Position numbers and translations under genes: made by a program. Below the pieces are notes generated by a model that was not told the DNA's origin, did no database searches, and saw only the letters and a list, made by a program, of their open reading frames with translations. A stretch of 64,000 nucleotides of DNA. Origin: an uncultured virus (IMG/VR IMGVR_UViG_3300031133_000402) (lineage: Duplodnaviria > Heunggongvirae > Uroviricota > Caudoviricetes). The DNA lies in IMG/VR virus record IMGVR_UViG_3300031133_000402; one strand, given 5' to 3'. Below are positions 1-9,543 of this stretch, in pieces (within the stretch, counting starts at the first letter, position 1; each line of letters begins with the position of its first letter).

Positions 1-111
1 TGCTCCTGGAGAGAGGATGTCTTTTCCCGCGAGGCGGGTCGTCACGGATTGCAACTCCGACACGGAAAACCGTGCCGGTCGTCGTCTACCGGGCGCTTGG
101 TCGGCGCCCGG

Positions 112-312
112 TCAGGCCTGCGTCAGGCGGTAGCGCACTCCGGAGCCGGGCAGGGCGCCGAGGCGCTCGACTTCGCCTGCGTGCACCATCTCGAGCAGCG
201 GCGATGCGAGGCCCTCGCCCGCGCGCAGCGCGATGTCGGGATAGGTCGCCTCGCCCATCTGGCCGAGCACCGTGCGGATCGCCGCCTTGTTGCGGTCGTT
301 CTGGCTCGACAT
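112..312 (-). CDS. small hypothetical protein, possible winged-helix
   Basis: 66-aa ORF in the minus-strand gene train; helix-helix then VRYRL wing-like ending. Confidence 0.5.
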   Translation of the reverse strand: MSSQNDRNKAAIRTVLGQMGEATYPDIALRAGEGLASPLLEMVHAGEVERLGALPGSGVRYRLTQA

Positions 313-316
313 CGGG

Positions 317-523
317 TCAGCCCTGCACGCGCATGGGCATGCCGCGTGCGTCCGAGGGGTGCATGGTCGAGAGCCTCACGTCGATGAACGGCGTGCCGCG
401 GGTCGCCATGGCGACGGTCTGGGTGCGGGTCGGCGTCAGACCGCGGCGGAGCGCCGCGCGGCCCAGGTTGCGCAGCCGGATGCCACGGCGGATGCCCTCG
501 GCGCGCTGACGGTTGGTGATCAT
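317..523 (-). CDS. small Arg-rich hypothetical protein
   Basis: ORF with GAGGGAG-type RBS upstream, packed against neighbour. Confidence 0.5.
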   Translation of the reverse strand: MITNRQRAEGIRRGIRLRNLGRAALRRGLTPTRTQTVAMATRGTPFIDVRLSTMHPSDARGMPMRVQG

Positions 524-642
524 GCTTTTTTCTCCCTCAGGATGGAATTACGAAAGCTTCCCAGGAAGAACATGAAAAATCCCGTCTCCGATGTAGATCG
601 GAGCGGGGTTGCGGCCATCGTCGCCGACGGCCGCATTGTCGA

Positions 643-1062
643 TCAGATTCGGTGCACCGTGATGGTCGCGCCTTCGACGCCCGAGACGACCATCGCCTTG
701 TTCGGGAGCGTATCCGCGTGCCATCTGATGTACGGTGCCAGATCGCGCTTGCCGCCGGTGACGGTGCCGTTGGGCTGTCCGCCGCTGATCGCCCATTCCC
801 CGATGGCCTCGTCGACGACGCCGTTCGCGCCCTTGACCTGCATGAACGTCGACCCGTCCCCGTCGAACGTCATCTCGAGGCGGTTTGCGCCGGCCTTGCC
901 CCGCCAGGTGCCGATCACGTCGCGCGCCCTGACGGTGGGTGTGGTCGCGTCGGCAGTCACCGCGGCGTCCACCTGCGCCAGAGGAGCGTCGACCGCATCG
1001 GGCTTGCTAGGTCCGCATGCCGCGGCCAGCAGGCACAGGGTCAGGATGATCGGCTTCGTCAT
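643..1062 (-). CDS. putative lipoprotein
   Basis: Start re-called at MTKPIILTLCLLAAAC (signal peptide plus lipobox-like Cys); AAGGA RBS. Confidence 0.65.
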   Translation of the reverse strand: MTKPIILTLCLLAAACGPSKPDAVDAPLAQVDAAVTADATTPTVRARDVIGTWRGKAGANRLEMTFDGDGSTFMQVKGANGVVDEAIGEWAISGGQPNGTVTGGKRDLAPYIRWHADTLPNKAMVVSGVEGATITVHRI

Positions 1063-1166
1063 GTCGGTCCTTCTGGTCGGCCCGTCGATGGCCAGGGTCA
1101 TTGTAGCGCGATGCGCCTGATCGGAGAAGCGTCGAGAGGACGTTTCCGGATGGAGGCGGACGTGAG

Positions 1167-1664
1167 TCAGCGTCGTCCGATCCATCGCCAGGCGGGCGGC
1201 AGGTCGATGAGCAGCAGCGGTTCGCCGCCGGGCATCGACGACGTGATGGTTCGCATGTAGACGATGCGGACGTCGGCCAGATCCTCGGGCGCGTCGCGTC
1301 CCATGACCTCGCCCAGCCTGCGCCCGGCAGCCGCCGCGGCGATCGTCTCGGTCACCCTGTGTCCGGGCACCGCGATGGAGGGAGCAGTATAGGATCCGCC
1401 CTGGATCCGTGCGCCCAGAAGCCGCAGACGATCACCGGGGGCATCCCACCGGCCCTGCATCAGCGTGGGGTCGTGTCCGACGATGGTGGCGACGAATACT
1501 GATTCGCCTGTCTGGTGCGCGTTGCCGGAGTTGGTCCACCACTTGTCGGTGCCAGACACCGCCTTCATCGTCGCCCGCAGCGTGGTCATGGACTGCCCCG
1601 TGCGACGCATGATGGCGCGCGTGACCTGGTCGACCCGCAGGCCGGGAGGAAGCGGTTCGGTCAT
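1167..1664 (-). CDS. hypothetical protein, divergent GRPL-domain family member
   Basis: Start MTEPLPP; C-terminal VTETIAAAAAGRRLGEVM matches the family motif. Confidence 0.6.
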   Translation of the reverse strand: MTEPLPPGLRVDQVTRAIMRRTGQSMTTLRATMKAVSGTDKWWTNSGNAHQTGESVFVATIVGHDPTLMQGRWDAPGDRLRLLGARIQGGSYTAPSIAVPGHRVTETIAAAAAGRRLGEVMGRDAPEDLADVRIVYMRTITSSMPGGEPLLLIDLPPAWRWIGRR

Positions 1665-2047
1665 GTCGATCCCTTCCTCGTCCGCACGCCTGCGCCATCG
1701 GGCTCGGCCGTGTCCATCCAGGCGTCGACCTCGTGGCGCCATCGGCCGTTCTCGAACACGTGGACGGTCGATGCCACCGCCATGCGGTGGCATTCGAGAT
1801 CCCAGGCGCCCGCGAGTTCGACCGGACCTTCTGGCGATGACTCCCGATCCGACGTCACGCAGTCCGCGATCGTCGGGCCGACGCTGGAGAGATCTCCGAG
1901 CGCGACCAGGTCGGCGGCGGCCGCGCGCGTGCCGTAGTGCGTGCCCAGCACCGCCTCCAGGGCGCGCCCATCGGCGACCGTGATCGCCAGGAGGCCGTCG
2001 GCGACCGTGACCGCCACCAGATGGGTCGATCGTCTCGTGTCGTCCAT
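1661..2047 (-). CDS. hypothetical protein (phage-like)
   Basis: 128-aa ORF with ATGA overlap to the next gene; L.THY...LVALGDLSSVG segment. Confidence 0.55.
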   Translation of the reverse strand: MDDTRRSTHLVAVTVADGLLAITVADGRALEAVLGTHYGTRAAAADLVALGDLSSVGPTIADCVTSDRESSPEGPVELAGAWDLECHRMAVASTVHVFENGRWRHEVDAWMDTAEPDGAGVRTRKGST

Positions 2048-2118
2048 GAGCGTTTTCCCCCTTCGTGATCCGTGCCACCTCCGGCACCACTCCTATCGGA
2101 GCGATGCCGGAGCGGGCT

Positions 2119-3639
2119 TCACATGCACTGCAGGTTGAACATGACCCGGCTGAAGTCGGCGGCGGCGAGATCGCGCGCCATGATCCAGACGTAGACTTCG
2201 CCGCAGTCGCCGAACTCGAACACCCCGCCCTCGCGCAGCGTCAGCAGGTGCACCCAGTCCTGAGGGGATTCGGATGCGTGCTCGCCGTGCAGTCGCTGCG
2301 ACTTCTCGTGCATGTCCTGACGCATCGGTCCCTGGATGCCGTCGACCTCGCCGCCGAGGCTGATGATCAGGTCGGACGCCATGTCCTCCTGGAAGGACCT
2401 GGCCATGTCGATGGCCCGCTCCATGGCGGCGTCGTCGCCTGCGTCGATGCCGGTGAGGTCCGGACCGTGCTCGCCCGCCTCCACGTCGCGCTTGAACGCC
2501 TCGGCCAGATCCATGGCCCGCTCCATGGCGGCGTCGTCGCCTGCGTCGATGTCGTTGAGGTCCGGAGCGCTCTCGTCATCGCCGGCCGGATTGTACGAAT
2601 GCTCGCCGTAATCGTCCTGGTACTCGGAGCGCGTCGACATCCGCCACGTCCGACGCCCGCACGCCTCGAGCGTATCGGCGATCTTGCCGCCCGCGTCCTC
2701 GGAGATCGTGGCGCTGCCGGCGAGCCAGGCCCGAATCGTGAGCAGGTCGGCGTCGATGTCGACGTGATCCTCGGCCGTCGGAGCGGTGACCACTCCCTTC
2801 ATGCTCAACGCTACCGGATCGAGAATCGCGGTGCCAGAGGCGTGATCCCGTTCGACCCCGCCCGAGACGGTGTGGATGATCGCGAGCGATCGCATCTCGC
2901 GGTCCTCGATGCCCCAGGGCTGCTCCTCGAGATCGTAGAACAGCGACAGCGTGCCCGTGGCGGGCAGCCCCGTTTCGGCGAGCGGCGCGATGGCGGCGAG
3001 ATCGATGGTCGCGACGAAGTCGAGCGCCTTGCCGTCCGCGTCCACCGGCCAGGCGGCATCCGTCGCGATCACGGGCCGTCCGCCCAGACGGCTGCCGCCG
3101 TCGACGGGTGCGTCGTACTCGAGCGAGAGGTCGACCGCGTTCTCCGGGCGGAACGTGCCGTCCGCGACGGCCGCCGCGTGCGCCGCCCGCTGCAGCGCGA
3201 GGCGTTCGTCGAGCGACGCGAACGCCGTCTCGAGATCTTCCGGTTGGTAGACGCGCTCCCCGATGACCAGCGTGAGCTTGTCGATCGTGACGCCGCGCCG
3301 CTGTTCGCCGTCGCGCGTCATCGTCTGCGCTTCGACGCCGATCGGCGCCAGCGAGCGGTACCCCAGGAACGACGGGCGACCGCGCGACAGATCGATGGAG
3401 ACGTGCCCGCCATCGATCATGTGGTGCAGCGCATGCACGTGGTAGCAGGAGACGCCGGCGCTCTCGTACAGCGAGACGACGATGACGGCCGGCTTCGTCT
3501 CGCCGTTCAGCGTCATCTCGCCCATCGTCATGATGAGGCCCAGGTCGTTCACGACCCGCGGCTCGCCGGGGATCCAGACGTTCGGCATGCCGAACGGTGC
3601 GTTCTCGATGCGGATCGCGTCGATCGTGTCGGTGCTCAT
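2119..3639 (-). CDS. DUF1963/YwqG-domain protein with N-terminal extension
   Basis: SRLGGRP...WP...LDFVATIDL...LPATGTLSLFYD and FGDCGEVYVWI...DLAAADFSRV are YwqG/DUF1963 signatures. Confidence 0.75.
   Translation of the reverse strand: MSTDTIDAIRIENAPFGMPNVWIPGEPRVVNDLGLIMTMGEMTLNGETKPAVIVVSLYESAGVSCYHVHALHHMIDGGHVSIDLSRGRPSFLGYRSLAPIGVEAQTMTRDGEQRRGVTIDKLTLVIGERVYQPEDLETAFASLDERLALQRAAHAAAVADGTFRPENAVDLSLEYDAPVDGGSRLGGRPVIATDAAWPVDADGKALDFVATIDLAAIAPLAETGLPATGTLSLFYDLEEQPWGIEDREMRSLAIIHTVSGGVERDHASGTAILDPVALSMKGVVTAPTAEDHVDIDADLLTIRAWLAGSATISEDAGGKIADTLEACGRRTWRMSTRSEYQDDYGEHSYNPAGDDESAPDLNDIDAGDDAAMERAMDLAEAFKRDVEAGEHGPDLTGIDAGDDAAMERAIDMARSFQEDMASDLIISLGGEVDGIQGPMRQDMHEKSQRLHGEHASESPQDWVHLLTLREGGVFEFGDCGEVYVWIMARDLAAADFSRVMFNLQCM
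2401..2565. repeat. 102-bp (34-aa) in-frame tandem duplication
   Basis: atggcccgctccatggcggcgtcgtcgcctgcgtcgatg at 2411 and 2513; PDL..IDAGDDAAMERA.D.A..F twice. Confidence 0.85.
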
Positions 3640-3765
3640 GCTTTTTTCCTCTGATGGCCGATGTCGCAAGGCATCCACCCGTCGGAATCCACGTCCTCCA
3701 TCCCGCCATCCATGCCCGCCAGCAAGGTGAAGGAAAGGGGGCGACCCGCAAGGGGGTCGCCCGTC

Positions 3766-4629
3766 TCAGGACACGATCGGCGCAAGCGCCATGCGTCGCG
3801 CGAGATCCGGCGTGGGTGCCGTGCCGTAGGGGATGAGCCTGGCCGCATTCACGGTGATGCGCATGCCGTTGGCGATGTCCTCCACGGACGCCACCTCGCA
3901 GGTGCGCGCGGCGTCGTCGACGTCGGCGTGCCCCGTGGTCGGCAGACCGAGCACCTCGCCGAGCGCACGTCCCTCGATGCATGTGCGCAGCGTCTCCGGC
4001 ATCCCGCCCGGCAGCGTGATGGTGTGTCCGCCCGTCGTGGCGTGGTCGTAATGCGGTATGGACGCGACCGTGACCGCGCCGAGGCCACCGGTGTGCAGCG
4101 GCATCAGCACGCCTGCCCGCAACGACTGCATGACGCCGTGAGAATACCACGCGTCGACGGCGGCGTTGCCGTGGCGCCCCGGATGGGCCGTCTGCCCCTC
4201 CTCGTCCGTCTCCCACCTGTCCATGGCCGAGCACGTCTCGCCGCGGAACGGCATGCGCGTGCGGTCCGGATCGTGCGACAGCAGCACCGCCAGGAGAAGG
4301 GGATGCACCAGCACCGCCCAGCTAGGCATCCGGTCGAGATGATGCGCCTGCGCCTGGCGTCGCAGTGACAGGTGGGCCAAGGCGTGCACCCTGGCCACCG
4401 TCTCAGGTCTCACGACGTGCGGAGACTTCGGGTCCCACGCGTTGGCCACGCCTTCGAGACCGTATCCCGGCGCCAGACCGTTGGTGCCGAGGTGGACGTG
4501 CATCTGTCCCGAACCCATCGGCGATGCCTGGAAGCATGAGGGCATCGGCAGCCCCTCGTCGGCGAGCAGAGCGGCGACGGCGGATTCCACCGCGGGCCTC
4601 TGGATGTCGATGGCGTCGTCGAGCGTCAT
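3766..4629 (-). CDS. GRPL-domain family protein (long N-terminal subtype)
   Basis: MPETLRTCIEGRALGEVLGLP motif. Confidence 0.7.
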   Translation of the reverse strand: MTLDDAIDIQRPAVESAVAALLADEGLPMPSCFQASPMGSGQMHVHLGTNGLAPGYGLEGVANAWDPKSPHVVRPETVARVHALAHLSLRRQAQAHHLDRMPSWAVLVHPLLLAVLLSHDPDRTRMPFRGETCSAMDRWETDEEGQTAHPGRHGNAAVDAWYSHGVMQSLRAGVLMPLHTGGLGAVTVASIPHYDHATTGGHTITLPGGMPETLRTCIEGRALGEVLGLPTTGHADVDDAARTCEVASVEDIANGMRITVNAARLIPYGTAPTPDLARRMALAPIVS

Positions 4630-4658
4630 GGAGCGTCCTTCCCCGGAGTGGTGCCTTG

Positions 4659-4904
4659 TCAGAGCATGCGCCAGACGTCGGTGTCGATGCTCACCGCGCG
4701 TTCCGCGTCGAGCGCCGCCTTGACGAGCTTCGCCGCGACAAGCGAGGCGAACTCCTCGGACGTGAACTCGCCGACGTCCAGACCCACGTCCTCGTTGGCG
4801 GAGCGCACGGCTTGCGTCACGTCGGCCGTCGAGAAGTCGCCGCGCATGGCGCCGCGACCCGCCTCGAGCGCCTGGGGCGGGACGACGATGCGTTTGACCC
4901 GCAT
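4659..4904 (-). CDS. hypothetical protein
   Basis: 81-aa ORF, TGATG-coupled to upstream gene. Confidence 0.55.
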   Translation of the reverse strand: MRVKRIVVPPQALEAGRGAMRGDFSTADVTQAVRSANEDVGLDVGEFTSEEFASLVAAKLVKAALDAERAVSIDTDVWRML

Positions 4905-5248
4905 CAGGCGGCCACCGCCAGGACGGGTGCCTCCACCGGCCCCCGCATGCGGTTCGCGTGCTTGCGCGCGATCTTCACCAGGTGGGCGGCGTACTTCCGC
5001 CGACCGATGTGGTGAGGCGTGCCGATGCCCTTGCGCCAGGCGTTGACGTTGTCGGTTCCGGCACCCAGCATGGTGCCGATGTCGACGGGGCGCACGCCTG
5101 CGACCACCAGCGCCTCGAGCGCGTCCGCGAAGGCGGCTTCGCCTTCGGGAGGGTTGGCTTCGATGCGCGACGCCAGGTCGTCGATGACGGCGATGCGTGC
5201 GGCCGTGGCGAAGGCCGTCAGCGATGTCTCTTCCATTTTCGTCTCCAT
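4904..5248 (-). CDS. XRE/Cro-like HTH protein
   Basis: VRPVDIGTMLGAGTDNVNAWRKGIGTP resembles an HTH_XRE core; start uncertain. Confidence 0.55.
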   Translation of the reverse strand: METKMEETSLTAFATAARIAVIDDLASRIEANPPEGEAAFADALEALVVAGVRPVDIGTMLGAGTDNVNAWRKGIGTPHHIGRRKYAAHLVKIARKHANRMRGPVEAPVLAVAA

Positions 5249-5285
5249 TCCCGAATTCGATGTCACGCTCACAGGTGACGATGTC

Positions 5286-5444
5286 TCAGATGACGCCCGC
5301 CGCGCGACAGACGATGCCGGCGACGCCGATGGCCATGCCGCCGTCGGCCGTGGCGAGCATGGGCGCCATGCGTCCTTCGCGCACCTCGAGCACCAGCGTG
5401 ACCAGCAGCGAGGACGCGGCGATGACCGCGACGACGCCGATCAT
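5286..5444 (-). CDS. small membrane protein
   Basis: MIGVVAVIAASSLLVTLVL hydrophobic, ATGA overlap. Confidence 0.45.
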   Translation of the reverse strand: MIGVVAVIAASSLLVTLVLEVREGRMAPMLATADGGMAIGVAGIVCRAAGVI

Positions 5445-6142
5445 CGCCGCGCCCGGTGCATGTCGAGCAGATCGGCGGCCGACATCATGCGGCGTTCGCG
5501 GTCCACGCGCAGCACGGTGTGCGGTTCGCCGTCGACCTCCTCGATGTCCGCCTGCACGATGGTCATGCCGAGACCGTCCAGCGCCGGATGCGACACGGCG
5601 TCGGACAACGGACGACCGACCAGGGCGCCGGCCACCACGTCGGGCAGCGGCTCGAGCGCCATGGCGCCGCGCACCAGCCACTTCACGCCGTCCGCGACAT
5701 CCACGATCGTCTCGCATTCGTCGGAGGACGGCTCGTCGAAGATGTCGACGTGGCCAAGGCGCTGATCGCCGTCGTACAGCGTGACGCCCTCGCCGGTGCG
5801 CGCCAGCCAGGCGACCGTCAACGGGATCATGCCCATGTGCGTCAGGAGGATCGCGGAGATCTCGTCGAGATCGCCCCTCGCGCCCTCGAGGCCGCGCGAG
5901 CCGTCATCCGACAGGTGGGCGTCGGCGAGCGAGGTGGCGATGCGCGCGGCCTCCTCGTCGTCGAGCGCCAGCAGGTTCATCCGCAGACGCAGCTGGAACT
6001 CGTGCGTGATGCCTTCCGTCGTTTCGAGACCCAAGGGATTGTCTCCGTCGGCCGCGACGGAGAGCACTCGGCGTTCGGTGCGTTCGAACATCGTCGGACG
6101 CAGTGCCTTGTATGGGGTCATGGTCGTCTCCTGAATGGTCAT
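5441..6142 (-). CDS. GRPL-domain family protein (subtype A)
   Basis: DNPLGL...LLTHMGMIPLTVAWLAR...LPDVVAGALVGRPLSDAVSHPALD. Confidence 0.75.
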   Translation of the reverse strand: MTIQETTMTPYKALRPTMFERTERRVLSVAADGDNPLGLETTEGITHEFQLRLRMNLLALDDEEAARIATSLADAHLSDDGSRGLEGARGDLDEISAILLTHMGMIPLTVAWLARTGEGVTLYDGDQRLGHVDIFDEPSSDECETIVDVADGVKWLVRGAMALEPLPDVVAGALVGRPLSDAVSHPALDGLGMTIVQADIEEVDGEPHTVLRVDRERRMMSAADLLDMHRARR

Positions 6143-6414
6143 GCCGCTTCCTCGAAGCGGGGAATGATGGCCAATGCGGCGTCGGGCACCTCGCGCAGCG
6201 CCAGGGCGAGCAGGTCGCGCCCGGCCTCGATGCGGTCGTGCACGTTGCCGCGCGCGGTCGCCGCGTCCATCCGCTCGGTGAGGTGGATGCCGTCGAGCAG
6301 GCTGACGCGCGGCCACTCGCCCGAGTAGAGCAGGGCACCCAGCGTGGTGCGGATGGTGTCTGAAAACGCGACGTCGGCCTCGGTCGGCGCCGCCACGTGG
6401 CGGTCGATGGTCAT
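6139..6414 (-). CDS. hypothetical protein
   Basis: Start MTIDRHVAAP, GAGGA RBS, ATGA overlap. Confidence 0.55.
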   Translation of the reverse strand: MTIDRHVAAPTEADVAFSDTIRTTLGALLYSGEWPRVSLLDGIHLTERMDAATARGNVHDRIEAGRDLLALALREVPDAALAIIPRFEEAA

Positions 6415-6470
6415 TGGGACATCCTCTGTTTTCCCCGCTCCTGCGGGTGAATGCCGATCCTGCCTTACGT

Positions 6471-7172
6471 TCAGCCCCTCCCGGCCCGCAGCGCGAGCAT
6501 CTCGCCCGGCGTGATCGCGCACAGCGTCTCGTCGTGGATGCCGACGTGGACGATGAACTCGCCTTCTGTTCCCGTCAGGATGAATCGCGTCTCCAGGGGA
6601 ATCGCGTCCAGCACCGGGTGCGACACCAGATCGCGGAAGCGCCCCGCCTCGAGCACGCCCATGATGGTGTCGGGCGCCCCCGCCAGCTGCGGAATCTCGA
6701 TGCTTCCGCCGGTCCGCCACTGGACGCCCTTGCCGAGCGAGACGCTGGTGCCGCGGATCGTCACCTTGACGTCGATCCGACGGTCGTCGCCGTGCAGCAC
6801 GAAGTCGCCCCTGTTGATCTCGGAGAGCCATGCCGCCATCAGCGGCTCGATGCCCATGTGCGCCATGACGAGACTGGCGATCCGATCGATCGCCGATGCC
6901 TGTCTGAGAGCCGTGTCGTCGTCGGCGTCGGGATCGTAGCCGTCGATCTGCATCTTGTCGGCGTAGCGCACGCGCAACGCTCGGCACACGGCCTTGGCCC
7001 TCTCGTCGTCGAGACCCTCGATCGCGGCGTCGACGACGGCGACGTGATCGCGGTCGTTCACGCCGGCGTCGCCGCCGATGCCGAGGGGATCCTCGCCGTC
7101 GCGCGCGGCGGCCGCCACCAGTTCGTAGTAGCGGAGCGACATCGCGTCCTTCATGTTTTTCCCCTTCTTCAT
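6471..7172 (-). CDS. GRPL-domain family protein (subtype A)
   Basis: EDPLGIG...VMAHMGIEPLMAAWL...APDTIMGVLEAGRFRDLVSHPVLD. Confidence 0.75.
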   Translation of the reverse strand: MKKGKNMKDAMSLRYYELVAAAARDGEDPLGIGGDAGVNDRDHVAVVDAAIEGLDDERAKAVCRALRVRYADKMQIDGYDPDADDDTALRQASAIDRIASLVMAHMGIEPLMAAWLSEINRGDFVLHGDDRRIDVKVTIRGTSVSLGKGVQWRTGGSIEIPQLAGAPDTIMGVLEAGRFRDLVSHPVLDAIPLETRFILTGTEGEFIVHVGIHDETLCAITPGEMLALRAGRG

Positions 7173-7876
7173 CTGCAGCCGAACGGCGCGATCTCCAGCA
7201 GATCACCCGGCGACAGCGCGCGCATGTCCGCGTTCACGTCGATCCACGTCCGGTCGTTCTCGTTGTCGATGCGTGCGATCACGAAGTCGTGCGCGTCGAA
7301 GACGGGATGCGTGAAGACCTCGCGCAGAGGCCGTCCGATGCAGGCCGTCGCCACGGTCTCGGGGATGATGCCGTCGTCAATGCCGATGACGCCCTCGCCA
7401 TGCCAGATGGCGGTGGGCGACAGATGTACGATGGTCGCGTTGTTGGCGCGCCCCGGTGCCGACGTTGTCGAGACGGTGATCCGAGTCTCCAGCGTGTCAC
7501 GATCCATCAGGTCGACGCCGCGGCAGATGTGGGCGAGCCAGGCGACCTTGAGGGGGTCGATGCCCATGTGCGCGATGAGTTCGGCGGTGATCCGGTCGAG
7601 CGCGCCGGCGTCGCGCAGCGCGTGATCGTCGACGGGTTCGACGGGGTGCGTCCAGAGCTTCTTCGCGTAGTGGTGCGAGAGTGAGGCGGCGACCCGCTCC
7701 GCCGTTTCGCGGTCCATGCCGTCGAGCGCCAGATTGACCGCGTCGACGATCTCGGCGTGGTCCGCGATTTCGCCCTCCGTCAGACCCAGCGGGTTCTCGC
7801 CGAGCTCGATGCAGGCGATGATGCGGCGGTAGGCCTCGGTGGGGAGGATGGGCTGCATGGAGGTTCTCCCGGTCAT
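7169..7876 (-). CDS. GRPL-domain family protein (subtype A)
   Basis: ENPLGL...LIAHMGIDPLKVAWL...IPETVATACIGRPLREVFTHPVFD. Confidence 0.75.
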   Translation of the reverse strand: MTGRTSMQPILPTEAYRRIIACIELGENPLGLTEGEIADHAEIVDAVNLALDGMDRETAERVAASLSHHYAKKLWTHPVEPVDDHALRDAGALDRITAELIAHMGIDPLKVAWLAHICRGVDLMDRDTLETRITVSTTSAPGRANNATIVHLSPTAIWHGEGVIGIDDGIIPETVATACIGRPLREVFTHPVFDAHDFVIARIDNENDRTWIDVNADMRALSPGDLLEIAPFGCR

Positions 7877-8517
7877 GGACGGATCGACGCGATCTCCTCC
7901 GGAGAGGCCGACTGCGCGAGGTGCGTGCTGAGTATCTCGAGGCGACCATCGTCCTGGTCCGCGTGTCGAACGTGCAGCGTCAGATCGTCGAGCAACGGGT
8001 GCGACACGATCCCGCGCAGCGGTCGTCCCGTGATCTGGTGTGCCAGCGTGTCCGGGATTGCGGGGACCGAGATCATGCCCCGCGCCTGCCACCAGGATTT
8101 CAAGCCGATGAGCAGCGCGGTCTCGCAGTCCCAGTCTGTCGGATGGTTGTGATGGTCGATGATCACGACGGGTCCCTGGTGGTCGTCGCTCAACACGTGG
8201 ATGCCGTCGCACAGCGCGCTGAGCCATGCGACCGTGATGGGTTCGAGACCCATGTGCGCCATCAGCCTGGCGCTCAACTCGTCGACATCGGTCTCGGGCA
8301 TGCGACGCACCGAGACGATCTGGCCTAGCGATCGCACCAGACGCCGGCGGCTTTCGTCGTCGATGGTGCACAGAGCGAGGTCGATCCGTGCCGCGACCTC
8401 GTCGTGACCGGTTGGTCCATGTTGCAACCCGAGCGGATCGACGCCGTGACGTATGGCCTGGACGACGCGCAGATGCGTCTCGACCGACACGTGCAGCCTG
8501 TCAGTACGCAGCCTCAT
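7873..8517 (-). CDS. GRPL-domain family protein (subtype A)
   Basis: VDPLGL...LMAHMGLEPITVAWL...IPDTLAHQITGRPLRGIVSHPLLD. Confidence 0.75.
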   Translation of the reverse strand: MRLRTDRLHVSVETHLRVVQAIRHGVDPLGLQHGPTGHDEVAARIDLALCTIDDESRRRLVRSLGQIVSVRRMPETDVDELSARLMAHMGLEPITVAWLSALCDGIHVLSDDHQGPVVIIDHHNHPTDWDCETALLIGLKSWWQARGMISVPAIPDTLAHQITGRPLRGIVSHPLLDDLTLHVRHADQDDGRLEILSTHLAQSASPEEIASIRP

Positions 8518-9167
8518 CCGCGCGCCATCGCGGAGACGAGATCCTCCACGGTGGCGGCCCGCATGCGCTGGGTCACATTGAGGGCGGTGTGGGAATCGTG
8601 CTCGCGGATCTTCTCGATCGGCAGATCCCATTGGTCCAGCACGGGATGCGAGACGACGTCCCGCAGGGGCCGGCCCTGGCAATGACCCTGAATCGTATGG
8701 GGAATCCGCGCCGTCGTCAGGAGCCGCCCGCGCTGCTGCCACACGTGCTCGCCCAACGTGACTTCGGTGAGGCTGGCGATGCTTGGAAGGCATGGCGTCG
8801 TGCCGTCGATGCTCGCCGCCTGCAGGCCGGTCGTCGTGTCGTCGAGCGCCAGCACGCCGATCTCGAGCGCCGTCCATGTCGCCACGAGGGGATCGATGCC
8901 CCGATGCGCCATCAGCGCCGCGATCAGCGTGTCGACGGGCATGCCGCCGCGCGGGTTGCCGATGGTGCGGGTGTTCGACAGACGCACCGCGATGGAGGTG
9001 GCGACGGCTGCGGCCGTTGCGGCGTCCACGCCCAGCAGCGCCTTCTCCAGCGTGTCGCGCGCCTCGGGAAGCCCGTCGTCCCCCTTCAGGCTGATCCCCA
9101 GGGGATTGTCGCCGCGCTCCGCCAGGCGGTTGATGCGCAGAACCACGGTGTGGGCTATGGTGATCAT
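8514..9167 (-). CDS. GRPL-domain family protein (subtype A)
   Basis: DNPLGI...LMAHRGIDPLVATW...IPHTIQGHCQGRPLRDVVSHPVLD. Confidence 0.75.
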   Translation of the reverse strand: MITIAHTVVLRINRLAERGDNPLGISLKGDDGLPEARDTLEKALLGVDAATAAAVATSIAVRLSNTRTIGNPRGGMPVDTLIAALMAHRGIDPLVATWTALEIGVLALDDTTTGLQAASIDGTTPCLPSIASLTEVTLGEHVWQQRGRLLTTARIPHTIQGHCQGRPLRDVVSHPVLDQWDLPIEKIREHDSHTALNVTQRMRAATVEDLVSAMARG

Positions 9168-9520
9168 GATGCCGGTCTCCCGTAGGGGTCGATGCCTTCG
9201 CGCTGCGCGTTCAGGTTGACGATGGTGAGCAGCGCGCCGACGGCCCGCCTGTGACCCAGCACGCGCACCGCGTCCGGCGCGTCGGGTTTGGTTGCGAGCG
9301 CCAGACGCTTAAGTCCGGCGCTGTCCGCATCGCGCTCGTTCTCGCACAGTCTGGCCATGACCCGGAGGTGGACGGCGAAGGCGTCGAGATAACCCGCCGG
9401 CTCGTCGGCCGGCAGGTGTCCTTCGCGCCGTGCGATCCTCGTGGACAGCGCGTGGAGGTCGATGGCCGTCCGTCGGCGGACCTTGCGGGTCTTGGCCGGA
9501 AGCCGCTGGTCCTGCGTCAT
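9164..9520 (-). CDS. hypothetical protein
   Basis: 118-aa ORF, AGGAGAGGAAG RBS, ATGA overlap. Confidence 0.6.
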   Translation of the reverse strand: MTQDQRLPAKTRKVRRRTAIDLHALSTRIARREGHLPADEPAGYLDAFAVHLRVMARLCENERDADSAGLKRLALATKPDAPDAVRVLGHRRAVGALLTIVNLNAQREGIDPYGRPAS

Positions 9521-9543
9521 GGCCTTCCTCTCCTATGATTGCG

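Noticed and set aside
2401..2565. Direct repeat as a possible CRISPR array or DGR template/variable repeat pair
   Set aside because: Only two in-frame copies inside a CDS, no cas or RT gene, no adenine-specific pattern evident
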